Translations under genes and position numbers: made by a program | Part shown: positions 48,403 to 57,317 of the stretch, piece after piece | Numbering within the stretch: position 1 is the stretch's first letter | How the letters are laid out: each line of letters opens with the position of its first letter | The notes under the pieces: model-generated | Databases searched by the model: none | What the model saw: only the letters and a program-made list of their open reading frames with translations | Told to the model about the DNA's origin: nothing | NCBI GenBank assembly: GCA_902385225.1 | Contig: CABMEU010000029.1 | Location: forward strand, 41,065-105,064 | Direction of reading: 5' to 3' | Length of the DNA: 64,000 nucleotides | Source: an uncultured archaeon | GTDB lineage: Archaea; Iainarchaeota; Iainarchaeia; Iainarchaeales; JAAZKV01

Positions 48403-49437
48403 ATGGGAGTAAATCTTTCTGATTTAGTTGAAAAAAAGGAGCTTTCGCTTGATTTTCTTGCAGGCAAACGAGTGGGAATTGATTCTTACAACATGCTCTA
48501 TCAATTTTTGGCCTCAATTAGGGGTCCTGATGGTTTACCTTTAGCTGATACGCACGGACAGGTAACCTCTCACCTCACTGGTTTGTTTTATCGAACGCTG
48601 AACATGGTTGACATGGGTATTAAACCCGTCTTTGTTTTTGACGGGAAGCCTTCAAAACTCAAATCAGAAACTTTGAAGAAACGAAGAGAAGCACGAACTG
48701 ATGCCGCGCAAAAATCAGAAACCGCTCTTCAGGAAGGAAACTTGGAGGAAGCGCAAAAATTCGGTTCGCGCGCGCTAAAATTAACTCCCGATATGGTGGA
48801 TGAGGCAAAAGAACTCTTAAGATTTTTAGGAATTCCAGTTATTGAGGCTCCGCAGGAAGGGGAAGCGCAGGCAAGTGTAATGGTTTCAAAGGGACAGCTC
48901 TTTGGCGCGGTGAGTCAGGACTTTGACTGCTTGCTGTTTGGAGCGAATCACTTATTTAGAAATGTTGGAATTACCGGAAAACGCAAAGTTGCGGGGAAAA
49001 ACTTTTATGTGGATGTAAAACCCCAGCACATTGAGCTTGACGGAGTATTAAAGCAACTTGGAATCACTAGACAAAAGTTAATTTGGCTCGGAATATTAGT
49101 CGGAACCGATTTTAATGAGAAGTTTCCGCGCATCGGACCAAAGACCGCGCTAAAACTTGTTCAAAAGAATAATTCTTTTGAGGAAATTATTAAGGAAACA
49201 AAGTTTGAACCCGATTTTGATTACAAAGAAATTGAGGGGTTGTTTATGCATCCAGTGAGTGTTGAAGTTAATTCAAAATTACTTGATGCGACTCTCCCGC
49301 AGAAAGAAAAAGTAATTGAGTTCCTCGTTGAGAAGCATGATTTCTCAAGAGAAAGAGTAGAACACACGCTAAACGAGTTTTTGAAGAAGAAAGAAGAAAA
49401 ACAAAAGCAGAAAAGTTTGGGCGAATGGTTTGGTTAG
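48403..49437 (+). CDS. fen: Flap endonuclease 1
   Basis: YQFLASIR, TSHLTGLFYR, EGEAQA, SQDFD, GTDFN, PIP box QKSLGEWF. Confidence 0.97.
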   Translation: MGVNLSDLVEKKELSLDFLAGKRVGIDSYNMLYQFLASIRGPDGLPLADTHGQVTSHLTGLFYRTLNMVDMGIKPVFVFDGKPSKLKSETLKKRREARTDAAQKSETALQEGNLEEAQKFGSRALKLTPDMVDEAKELLRFLGIPVIEAPQEGEAQASVMVSKGQLFGAVSQDFDCLLFGANHLFRNVGITGKRKVAGKNFYVDVKPQHIELDGVLKQLGITRQKLIWLGILVGTDFNEKFPRIGPKTALKLVQKNNSFEEIIKETKFEPDFDYKEIEGLFMHPVSVEVNSKLLDATLPQKEKVIEFLVEKHDFSRERVEHTLNEFLKKKEEKQKQKSLGEWFG

Positions 49438-50039
49438 AGTTTCTTAATCAAACTTGTGAGTTCTTTTATGGTTCTAACTTCATAATTTGCATCAAATTCA
49501 ATTTTATTTCTCGAATTGTCATCCTTGTTGTTAAACCAAATCGTTACAAAACCCATTTCTTTTGCGGTGAGAAGATTTGTTTTTGAGTCATCAACAAAAA
49601 CGCATTCGCTTGGAGAGTATCCGGTTTCTTTTAGCATTATTTCAAAGAACTTTTTGTCAGGCTTTGCGGCTTTCATTTCAAAACTCACAAATATTCTCTT
49701 AAAGAATTTTTTAATTCCAAGATTCTTAATCGCTCTTTCAAATAATTCCGGTGTGTGGTTGGACGCCAAAAAAAGAGGATATTTATTTTCAATCTCGCTA
49801 AGCGCCCTAGTTGCGCCCTCTTTTGCTTTTATTTCATCCGCTGTTTTTAGTAATTCTTCCAGTGGGATTTTGGCAAATGCTTCCTTAAGAGAAAGTTTTC
49901 CGCACCGTGCGTCCTCGTACATTTTTCTTAACTCATCAAGAGTTGCGTATTCTTTTAGTTTTGGGTAAAGAATATTTCGGACAATGCTTCCTTCGGTAGT
50001 GAGCACTCCCTCAAAGTCAAGAAAAATTGCCTTAATCAT
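49434..50039 (-). CDS. HAD-superfamily hydrolase
   Basis: FLDFEGVL, ASN, KPD, FVDD. Confidence 0.9.
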   Translation of the reverse strand: MIKAIFLDFEGVLTTEGSIVRNILYPKLKEYATLDELRKMYEDARCGKLSLKEAFAKIPLEELLKTADEIKAKEGATRALSEIENKYPLFLASNHTPELFERAIKNLGIKKFFKRIFVSFEMKAAKPDKKFFEIMLKETGYSPSECVFVDDSKTNLLTAKEMGFVTIWFNNKDDNSRNKIEFDANYEVRTIKELTSLIKKL

Positions 50040-50059
50040 TCTATCACATACAAATTTTG

Positions 50060-50620
50060 TTAAACCAAACCTTGTTCCGCTAAATTCTTATTAAGTGTTT
50101 TTGGTTCTGTAAAAAGCATGCCCTTTATTCCATATTTAGCTGCAATATCCAGCACACTTTGCTTATCATCAATAAAGAGTATTTCATTTGGTTTAACATT
50201 TAGTTTTTTTATTATTAAGCGATATGTTTCTTCATCCTGTTTTCTTGAGCCGATTTCTGATGAGAGAAAGAGTCCGTTTGCATTTTCAAATATCTCGGGA
50301 TATTTTGTTTTTATAAAATTCAAATGTAAGGGGTTAGTGTCGGAGAACAAATATCTTTTGCATTTGGTTTTGTTATATAATTCCACAACAGGGTTTATTT
50401 TGGTAATTGGATAATAAGCTTTAGCGTATTTGTCTAGAAATTCGTTCTTTTTGATATTGAGCATTGCTGATGCTTTTTCTGTAAAATCCTCTTTTGATAT
50501 TTTTCCAGAGCCAAATTTGTGGCGAAGTTCTTTGCTGCCTGTTGCATCTTCCCAAAATTCACCTATCTTTGGGTCAGCAAGCAGGACTCCGCCAATATCC
50601 CAAAGTACTGCCTTAATCAT
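50060..50620 (-). CDS. HAD-superfamily hydrolase
   Basis: WDIGGVL, SDTN, RK, FIDD. Confidence 0.88.
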   Translation of the reverse strand: MIKAVLWDIGGVLLADPKIGEFWEDATGSKELRHKFGSGKISKEDFTEKASAMLNIKKNEFLDKYAKAYYPITKINPVVELYNKTKCKRYLFSDTNPLHLNFIKTKYPEIFENANGLFLSSEIGSRKQDEETYRLIIKKLNVKPNEILFIDDKQSVLDIAAKYGIKGMLFTEPKTLNKNLAEQGLV

Positions 50621-50641
50621 TTTATTCACCAAAAAAATTGC

Positions 50642-51469
50642 TCATTTGAATCCGGCAAGTATGAATGCAAAAAGACTCACAAGCATTCCTTTTTTTGAGA
50701 GTGATTGGCTCTGTATTGGTTTTTTGTTGTAGAGCGCTTTTACAGCGTATGCGAATACGAGCGCCCCAAGTACTGTGAAGAGTAAATAGAAGTAACTCAA
50801 AGCAAATATTGAGAATGCGCCAATTCCTAAAACTATTGCGAGGATGTAGTAGAGCGCCACAAAGTGTTTTGCGCTTTTTGTTTTCATTGGGAGCGTAACT
50901 TTTGTTCCCTTATCTTTCTTCAAATCCTCAATATCTTTTGTGATTTCTCTCGCCATGTTTGAGAAGAACGCGCTTAATGCGAGCACTACAACAAGCGCTG
51001 GTATGTTTCCGGCAGCCGCCGCCCCGAAAACAAAAGTGATTGCGGTGCCAAGCGCGACAACAACATTCCCCACGTACTTAATTTTGTTCATGAATGCGGG
51101 GTACGCGAATAAGAGCAGCGCCATAATTATTGCAATTGCGAGCGCCATTTGATTGATAAAAATCGCTGAGAGTATTCCAACTAAAAATAATGCGAGTGAG
51201 AAGTATAATGCTTCTTGCGGCAAGATTCTTTTGCTTGGGATTGGGCGCTTCTTTGATAATTTCGCGTCAATTTTCGCGTCAAAGTAATCATTTACCGCTT
51301 GTCCGGCTCCGCAAACGAGGAAGGAAACACCAAACGCAATTAGTGCGAGGTTTAGATCAGTTCCATTTGCAAGAAAATAACCGATTAGTACCGCAATTCC
51401 AGCCATGAAACAATTTCCAAGTCGCATTAGTTCCGCGAATGCGTCAAACTTCTCAGCTAGTCCAGTCAT
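50642..51469 (-). CDS. UbiA prenyltransferase, probable digeranylgeranylglyceryl phosphate synthase
   Basis: NDYFDAKID..RPIPS, REITKDIED..D, multi-TM. Confidence 0.88.
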   Translation of the reverse strand: MTGLAEKFDAFAELMRLGNCFMAGIAVLIGYFLANGTDLNLALIAFGVSFLVCGAGQAVNDYFDAKIDAKLSKKRPIPSKRILPQEALYFSLALFLVGILSAIFINQMALAIAIIMALLLFAYPAFMNKIKYVGNVVVALGTAITFVFGAAAAGNIPALVVVLALSAFFSNMAREITKDIEDLKKDKGTKVTLPMKTKSAKHFVALYYILAIVLGIGAFSIFALSYFYLLFTVLGALVFAYAVKALYNKKPIQSQSLSKKGMLVSLFAFILAGFK

Positions 51470-51474
51470 TTTAT

Positions 51475-51624
51475 TCACTTTAGCTTTGTGGCAATCTCAT
51501 TATAGCATTTAACACACAAATGGTGTTTTCTTACTTTGTTTTCCTTATCTGGAGGGCTCAACAATATCCCGCCAAATTCGCTTAATTCTTCTTTGCACTT
51601 ATCGCAAAGAGGTTTAATGCTCAT
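51475..51624 (-). CDS. Small zinc-finger protein, 49 aa (MSIKPLCDKC...HLCVKCY)
   Basis: Translated by hand; two CxxC pairs; ends just upstream of the ubiA start. Confidence 0.75.
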   Translation of the reverse strand: MSIKPLCDKCKEELSEFGGILLSPPDKENKVRKHHLCVKCYNEIATKLK

Positions 51625-51713
51625 GCAGTAATTATGCTCAGGGCATTATTTAATGGTTTTGAGTAGTTTGATTTGGCGTCAGATTTTAATATTTGGCTAT
51701 CTTAATCTTGTGT

Positions 51714-52619
51714 ATGGTTCTGCCAAAACAAAAGTTTGTTATCCCGAGAATGAAAACCGCACGGCAGTTTCTCTCGCCTGTGCAGTCAAACCAAATATTT
51801 TCAGACAATAGAAAAACACAGCTGTTTCGAAATCTTTTATCTAGGTCACTTGGTTTGAATGCGGTTCCGGAGATAAAGTTAAGGTCAGCGGCGAGGACTG
51901 CTGCAAGAATAGTGCTTGAAGAAAGAAACGCACTTAAGCTGGTGCAAGTTAAAAAAGGCAAGTATCAAACCCTGACTGAGTCATTTGCACAGCATGTGAG
52001 ACTAAAAATTCCGGTTGTCTTTAAGAGTGGTGTGAGAGCAAGGATTGAATTTGTGACTGGCGGACCCATTCATGAATTTAGGGAACATTTTGAGCGCTCC
52101 ATTCGTGTAATGGTGAAACCAATCGGACTTGACCAAGCATCAGTGAGAGAGTTAAATACATTAGTCTCTTCACGCGATTATATTAACGAACTCGCGGGTT
52201 CGATTGGCTATTTGGGGCTTAATTTTGCTGAGCAACAGGTTGGCATAGCTAAAGGCAATGCTGTATTGGACCGTATCGCATTTATTTCTGTAGCCCAGGA
52301 GAGAGGGCTTCCTTCGCTTAAAAATAATGTGCGAAAAAGATATTCTGATTGGGCATTTGAAACTATTTCTGTTGTGGAGGAGGAAGCAAAACGCCTCGGG
52401 ATTAAAAGAATTGCATTTATTGATCAATCCTACTTTACCGGCGGGGCATGGTCAAGTCCGGAACTGGATGCGCACATACTGAAAAAATACGGGCACATTA
52501 AAACGCGTTTGTTAAAGAATGGCTGGAGAAGTATTGATGGTAAGTCATTTGTGGCATTTGATGATTATGATAACAAAATAGGGTTTGGGTTTTTGCCCGT
52601 GCTCGTTAAGGAATTATGA
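51714..52619 (+). CDS. Orphan protein with basic N-terminus
   Basis: 301-aa ORF starting MVLPKQKFVIPRMKTARQ. Confidence 0.6.
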   Translation: MVLPKQKFVIPRMKTARQFLSPVQSNQIFSDNRKTQLFRNLLSRSLGLNAVPEIKLRSAARTAARIVLEERNALKLVQVKKGKYQTLTESFAQHVRLKIPVVFKSGVRARIEFVTGGPIHEFREHFERSIRVMVKPIGLDQASVRELNTLVSSRDYINELAGSIGYLGLNFAEQQVGIAKGNAVLDRIAFISVAQERGLPSLKNNVRKRYSDWAFETISVVEEEAKRLGIKRIAFIDQSYFTGGAWSSPELDAHILKKYGHIKTRLLKNGWRSIDGKSFVAFDDYDNKIGFGFLPVLVKEL

Positions 52620-52658
52620 GAAATAACTCTAAGAACCAAACTTATTTTCTGCCTTTTA

Positions 52659-52823
52659 TTAAGCAGCAGCTTTTCTTTTCTTTTTCTTTAGTCTTAGTCT
52701 CTGTGAGCCGCATTTTCTGCACTGCGGAGGTTTTCCTGAAGAGGACCTGTTAGTAGCATTGCATCTCTGGCAGACGAATACGTTATTGAATCTTCTTGCC
52801 ATTGATTCCTTAAAGTCAACCAT
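52659..52823 (-). CDS. rpl40e: 50S ribosomal protein L40e
   Basis: VCQRCNATN...CRKCGSQRLRLK; GGTGA RBS. Confidence 0.9.
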   Translation of the reverse strand: MVDFKESMARRFNNVFVCQRCNATNRSSSGKPPQCRKCGSQRLRLKKKKRKAAA

Positions 52824-52927
52824 TCCACGCTCACCTAATAACAAAAACAAAAACACAAACCTTTATAAACGATTTCCGTTGCTTCTTTTTTACCAAGGAA
52901 AAGATAATGAATTCTTTTTCAAAAACT

Positions 52928-53000
52928 GCCCCGATAGTGCAGTGGTCAAGCACATGAGCCTTTCAAGCTTGTAACCCGGGTTCGAATCCCGGTCGGGGTA
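52928..53000 (+). tRNA. tRNA-Glu (anticodon UUC)
   Basis: Acceptor GCCCCGA/TCGGGGT, anticodon arm TGAGC-CTTTCAA-GCTTG, T arm CCGGG-TTCGAAT-CCCGG; CCA not encoded. Confidence 0.93.
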
Positions 53001-53014
53001 TTAAACGAATCCGT

Positions 53015-53917
53015 TTAGTTTAATTTGGTTCTGTAGTCCAGCATGCCGCATGCTGCGTCAATATCGGAGCCAAGAAGGTCTCTGATTGTAGTCATTATTC
53101 CCTTGGAATTCATGAGTTTCATAATTTCTGCGTATTTCTTGTCTGGCGGTGACGAGAATGCTTTTCCAATGTTTTCAGAGTATTTTGTGAGTTTAACTTC
53201 TGCATCAAATTTTTTTGCAAGGCTGATTAGTTTCTTAATGTGCTTTTTGGAATAATTGTTTTTCCCGCTTGGAAAGTTTAACAGCATATAATTTATCTTA
53301 AGTTTTTTTCCAAAGAAGTCCGCTAGTTCCTTGAATTTTGGCAAAATTTCTTCTATTTTGTATTTTTTGCCCAGATTTGGAATTAGCATCGCGCGTTCTT
53401 TGTCATATGGGCTGTGGAGCGATAATTGTATTCTGAATTCTACTTCGGGCATATTTTTCTTGTTTTTTAGAACCATTTCTTTGTATGGTTTAATCAAATT
53501 CAAGTTTCCAGCCGAGCTAATCCTAAAGACAATTCTGCGGAATCTGCTCTTTTTTCTTTTGAATGAAAGGAATCCGTTAATGCAGTTCTTAAGATTGTAG
53601 CTGGCTTCTCCCATGCCTTCAATGAGGATAAATAAGTCCTCGGGTTTTTTATCAAGAATCAGTTTTTTCATCGCCAAAATTCCTGAGTTTATTTGCTCGG
53701 TTATTTCATTTTTTGTTAAATTCCTGACAAACGGCGCGTCTCCTGTGGCGCAGAATGCGCATTTCTCAATGCAACCAACTTGTGATGAAACACAGAGATT
53801 TATTGAATTCACTTTGGCATCGTAGAATGAAACAGTGTAAAAGTGTTTGCCGTGTTTGTCCTCGAATGTTATCTTCTTCAATGGATCCGTTTTTGAATTT
53901 ATTATAATTTCTTTCAT
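53015..53917 (-). CDS. RlmN/Cfr-like radical SAM methyltransferase, N-terminal domain absent
   Basis: CVSSQVGCIEKCAFCATG, GMGE, SLHSP, DIDAACG. Confidence 0.85.
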   Translation of the reverse strand: MKEIIINSKTDPLKKITFEDKHGKHFYTVSFYDAKVNSINLCVSSQVGCIEKCAFCATGDAPFVRNLTKNEITEQINSGILAMKKLILDKKPEDLFILIEGMGEASYNLKNCINGFLSFKRKKSRFRRIVFRISSAGNLNLIKPYKEMVLKNKKNMPEVEFRIQLSLHSPYDKERAMLIPNLGKKYKIEEILPKFKELADFFGKKLKINYMLLNFPSGKNNYSKKHIKKLISLAKKFDAEVKLTKYSENIGKAFSSPPDKKYAEIMKLMNSKGIMTTIRDLLGSDIDAACGMLDYRTKLN

Positions 53918-53989
53918 AAATATTAATTTTGTTTGGGGCTTTTTAGCAGCCCCACCGCACTGACACTGAAATTATAATTAAAACCATTC

Positions 53990-55546
53990 TTATACCTTTT
54001 TTTTGTGCTTGATTCTCACTCCTTTTTTCATATACACTAGTCTTTCTGTCAGTCTTTTCTCAATGCCTATTTCTTTCAGCGGGAGCTGCGATAAACCCTG
54101 TATTCTTGAGTGCTTGTTAAATTTATTATAATTCTTTATGGCGAGAGTGATCTTGGCTTTTGGCAAAGTGTAGTGGCCAAGGCGTATTAACTCAAGAAGG
54201 TCACGCCACTTTATGCCTGAATTAATATTTTTTGAATATTGGTCGACTATGCTATAATCTGATTTAAGGTACTTTGACTTAACTTCTTCTTTTGTTGATT
54301 TTATAAGCGAAACTAATTCTTTTGGCATGCAGTCTAATACATCATAATTTACCCTGCCTTCTTTTAGGTAATCCTGAGTTACCCGAATCGAGTAATATAA
54401 CTTTAAACGGTCTTCTTCAAACAGCGATGAACTTGCAAAATCGCGCAGACTAATGGCTTTCATTCGGAGCATTGATTTTGGGTCAACCTCAAGAATTATT
54501 TTCTCCCGGTATTTCGCTCCTTTTTCAATAAATGAAAGCCTGAGGGGGTCGCTAAAAGTCGAATCGAGTATTTTCTCATAACTGTCCTCATACAAATTAA
54601 ATAAACCGTCCAATGATTGGTTTTGCCAGGTGGTAATATTCCCATTATAATAAACGCTCCAGTCGAGCCCCTTTGAGCCGTTTGTGTTGAAAACAACTGA
54701 AGGAAAATAATCTTCTGATTCTTTTAGGTCTTTGTCAAAAACATTCGTTGCTTTTTGGCAGTCTTTTTTTGAGTTTAAATTAATTCTCAGATTGCAAAAG
54801 AATACTTTGGCGAGTCCGACAACAATTTCTAGTCCCGAAGGAAGAGTAAGCGTGATTTTTTTTGGGATTACTTTAACTAATAATTTGTTATCGGAAGCTC
54901 TTTTGTGCGGATCGCCTTCCATAATTTTCACGGAAGGGTAGTGTAAAAGTAATTTAGTCAGGGTTTTATCGCCAAAAAATGAGTGCAGCTGCAGTTTGAG
55001 GGTGTCGGATTTGGCGTAGCGCTGATTGAATATATCGATTAGATTTCTGGCAGGTTCTAAACCCAAGTTTATTGAGTGGTCCGCGCTAAGGCTGAGGCGG
55101 ATGACAACTTTTGTGGGGGTTTTTCTTTTTTTTATTGTGTCTTCAATGCAGTCCAGATATGCAGTTGCGCTTTTTTTTGTCATCGCCCAAATTCCGCTTG
55201 TGACGAGGACTATGTGCGGCGTATTAATTTTCTCGATGCAAGTGAGCACTGCTTTTTTCATGTCCATTGGCTCTCCGCCGCCTGAGATGTGGAGATAGCC
55301 AACATTTGCTTTATTCGCAAATTCAACAAACTTCATGATGCCTGCGTCTGAGAACTGGTCTTTTTCCCTTTGTGGTCCCCTTGCCGGCTTTGACTTGAAA
55401 AAACAAAACGGACATGCTACGCGGCAGTATCTTGTGAAGAATACGCTGATAATTGATTTTCCTAAAAATTCTTTGCAGTCATAGCGAATCAGTTTTTGTT
55501 TTAAGAATTCTCTTCGGTATTTCTCCGGGGTATTAAAAATATTCAT
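53990..55546 (-). CDS. Large radical SAM protein of unknown function
   Basis: FTRYCRVACPFCFF (CxxxCxxC), SGGGEP, VTSG; long Cys-poor C-terminal extension. Confidence 0.85.
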   Translation of the reverse strand: MNIFNTPEKYRREFLKQKLIRYDCKEFLGKSIISVFFTRYCRVACPFCFFKSKPARGPQREKDQFSDAGIMKFVEFANKANVGYLHISGGGEPMDMKKAVLTCIEKINTPHIVLVTSGIWAMTKKSATAYLDCIEDTIKKRKTPTKVVIRLSLSADHSINLGLEPARNLIDIFNQRYAKSDTLKLQLHSFFGDKTLTKLLLHYPSVKIMEGDPHKRASDNKLLVKVIPKKITLTLPSGLEIVVGLAKVFFCNLRINLNSKKDCQKATNVFDKDLKESEDYFPSVVFNTNGSKGLDWSVYYNGNITTWQNQSLDGLFNLYEDSYEKILDSTFSDPLRLSFIEKGAKYREKIILEVDPKSMLRMKAISLRDFASSSLFEEDRLKLYYSIRVTQDYLKEGRVNYDVLDCMPKELVSLIKSTKEEVKSKYLKSDYSIVDQYSKNINSGIKWRDLLELIRLGHYTLPKAKITLAIKNYNKFNKHSRIQGLSQLPLKEIGIEKRLTERLVYMKKGVRIKHKKKV

Positions 55547-56340
55547 TGTGTTTGTCTCCTTAGTATTTGTTTTAGGCGCCGGTTTGTTAATTGGTGAACC
55601 CTCATTTTGTCAAGTTGTATGCAGTTTCTGCCAAAATACATTGTGGGGATTTTAAAAAGCAAAGTAATCTCCGAGTGCTGGTCGCCAAAGCTATTGTTTT
55701 TTGCATAATCTAACAGAATCTTTCTCTCATTTGGAAAAGAACTTACATTGTTTTTTCCTCTGGTGCCGGGTGCAATTATTCTCTTTACTGTCAGGTAAAT
55801 CTCTCTCATTGACCGGTTCTCAGTTCTGATAATCTTATAGGGACCGCTGCAGATTTTTGGCAGCTCGTGCAAGTAAAAATCTCTTACGTGCTTGAGGAAT
55901 CTCTTTGATGTCCAAGGGAATTCCATTCTTTTTGAGCTCTTCTTTCGTCTTGCGATGCTTGATTTTGGAGAAGTATCAAAAATTAATACTAATTCAAACG
56001 GGTAGCGCGCCAAGTCCCTTTCGTAATCTCTTTTTACTTTTGAATATGTTTTGCTGTTATTGCATTTATCAAAAGCATATGAAAAAGCCAAATTACAGTA
56101 AAACGACCTGTCTAATAATAAATTCTCGGTTGACGGGCAGTATTTTTGAATAATTCTCATTCGCTGAACCCATTTCTTGTGGAATAATCTGCTCTGGGCC
56201 GAATTTGACATTCCTTTAAGCGATTCGCCGGGGTCAGTATGCATTTCCGGCAAAATATTATACTTGCCAAAATATGATTTTGCTAATTGGAATAATATGG
56301 TGGATTTGCCTGTTCCTGGCAGTCCTTCAAAAACAATCAT
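55543..56340 (-). CDS. Thymidylate/deoxynucleoside kinase-like P-loop kinase with C-terminal extension
   Basis: IVFEGLPGTGKST, LPE, LLDRSF, SIARRKK lid; GGTG RBS; 4-nt overlap with the radical SAM gene. Confidence 0.82.
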   Translation of the reverse strand: MIVFEGLPGTGKSTILFQLAKSYFGKYNILPEMHTDPGESLKGMSNSAQSRLFHKKWVQRMRIIQKYCPSTENLLLDRSFYCNLAFSYAFDKCNNSKTYSKVKRDYERDLARYPFELVLIFDTSPKSSIARRKKSSKRMEFPWTSKRFLKHVRDFYLHELPKICSGPYKIIRTENRSMREIYLTVKRIIAPGTRGKNNVSSFPNERKILLDYAKNNSFGDQHSEITLLFKIPTMYFGRNCIQLDKMRVHQLTNRRLKQILRRQTQ

Positions 56341-56566
56341 AAAAACACCTTTGGTTTTTCGCAATATTTTTTTGAGTTCAGACCTGAATTAGCTAATGAA
56401 TTATTGTCTATACGCTAAAGGCATTCTTTGGCAACCAGGCTAAGCACTAACTTACGTATACTATGAATATCTTTGGAGTTTTAAATATTTTTGGTTCATG
56501 TTTTTGGAAATGCGGAGCTATTTTTGTTTCTCTTCTTGGTGTTGTATTTATTTGCCAAGTAGTTCT

Positions 56567-56694
56567 TTTATACTTCTTTTTTCATACTAAGCTGCATGCT
56601 TGCCGATAATAATTTTGTCCTGGATGCAAATGAGTCTTGGGGCGGCTCATACGGCCCGGTTTTTAACGGCGCCGCGGGATATTTTACTGGATGA
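56567..56694 (+). repeat. Mosaic mini-copy of the 61462-62802 gene (32-aa ORF at 56596-56694)
   Basis: 56567-56598 matches 61433-61464 at 30/32 nt; 56631-56677 is identical to 62739-62785 (47 nt). Confidence 0.85.
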
Positions 56695-56769
56695 TAATGC
56701 GAATTTGTGTTTTTGGTCAATAATGAAATTATTTTAAGCGTATTGTGGCGGATAATGGTTGTTGGTTTA

Positions 56770-57276
56770 ATGGATTTTTTAGAGCTCGCGAAGAAAAGGT
56801 ATAGTGTGCGTGGATACAAGCCGCAAGAAGTTGAAAAAGAAAAACTTGATTATGTTCTTGAGGCTTTTCGAATGGCTCCGACCGCATGCAACTTGCAGCC
56901 GTTTAAATTATTTGTGATTAAAACCAAGGGAAAAGAAAAAGCTCTTGGCGAGATTTGCGGTTCGTGGAAGTGGTTTACTGAGGCTCCGCTGCTGCTTTGC
57001 GTTTGTGCGCTTCCCAAAAAAGCGTGGTCGCGCGCTGATGGAAAGAATTATTCTGACGTGGATTGCGCAATCGCGTTTGATCACTTGGTGCTCGCAGCTA
57101 CAGAGAAGGGTCTTGGCACCTGCTGGGTGGCAAAATTTAATGTTGCTAAGGCAAAAGAATTGCTTGGAATTAAAAATGATTTTGAGCCGATTGCTTTTAC
57201 TCCGCTTGGATATCCTAAAGTTGAGGCGGGAAGGAAAATAAGAAAACCCGTGGAAGAGTTAGTTGAGTTTCTCTGA
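56770..57276 (+). CDS. Nitroreductase family protein
   Basis: RYSVRGY, APTACNLQP, GLGTCWV, PLGYP. Confidence 0.92.
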   Translation: MDFLELAKKRYSVRGYKPQEVEKEKLDYVLEAFRMAPTACNLQPFKLFVIKTKGKEKALGEICGSWKWFTEAPLLLCVCALPKKAWSRADGKNYSDVDCAIAFDHLVLAATEKGLGTCWVAKFNVAKAKELLGIKNDFEPIAFTPLGYPKVEAGRKIRKPVEELVEFL

Positions 57277-57317
57277 TTAATCTTTTAGTTGAGAAAATAA
57301 ATATTGGGCAATAAAAA

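Noticed and set aside
52928-56600. Integrated provirus or integrative element at tRNA-Glu
   Set aside because: No integrase or viral genes, and I found no duplicated tRNA 3' end (att site) downstream
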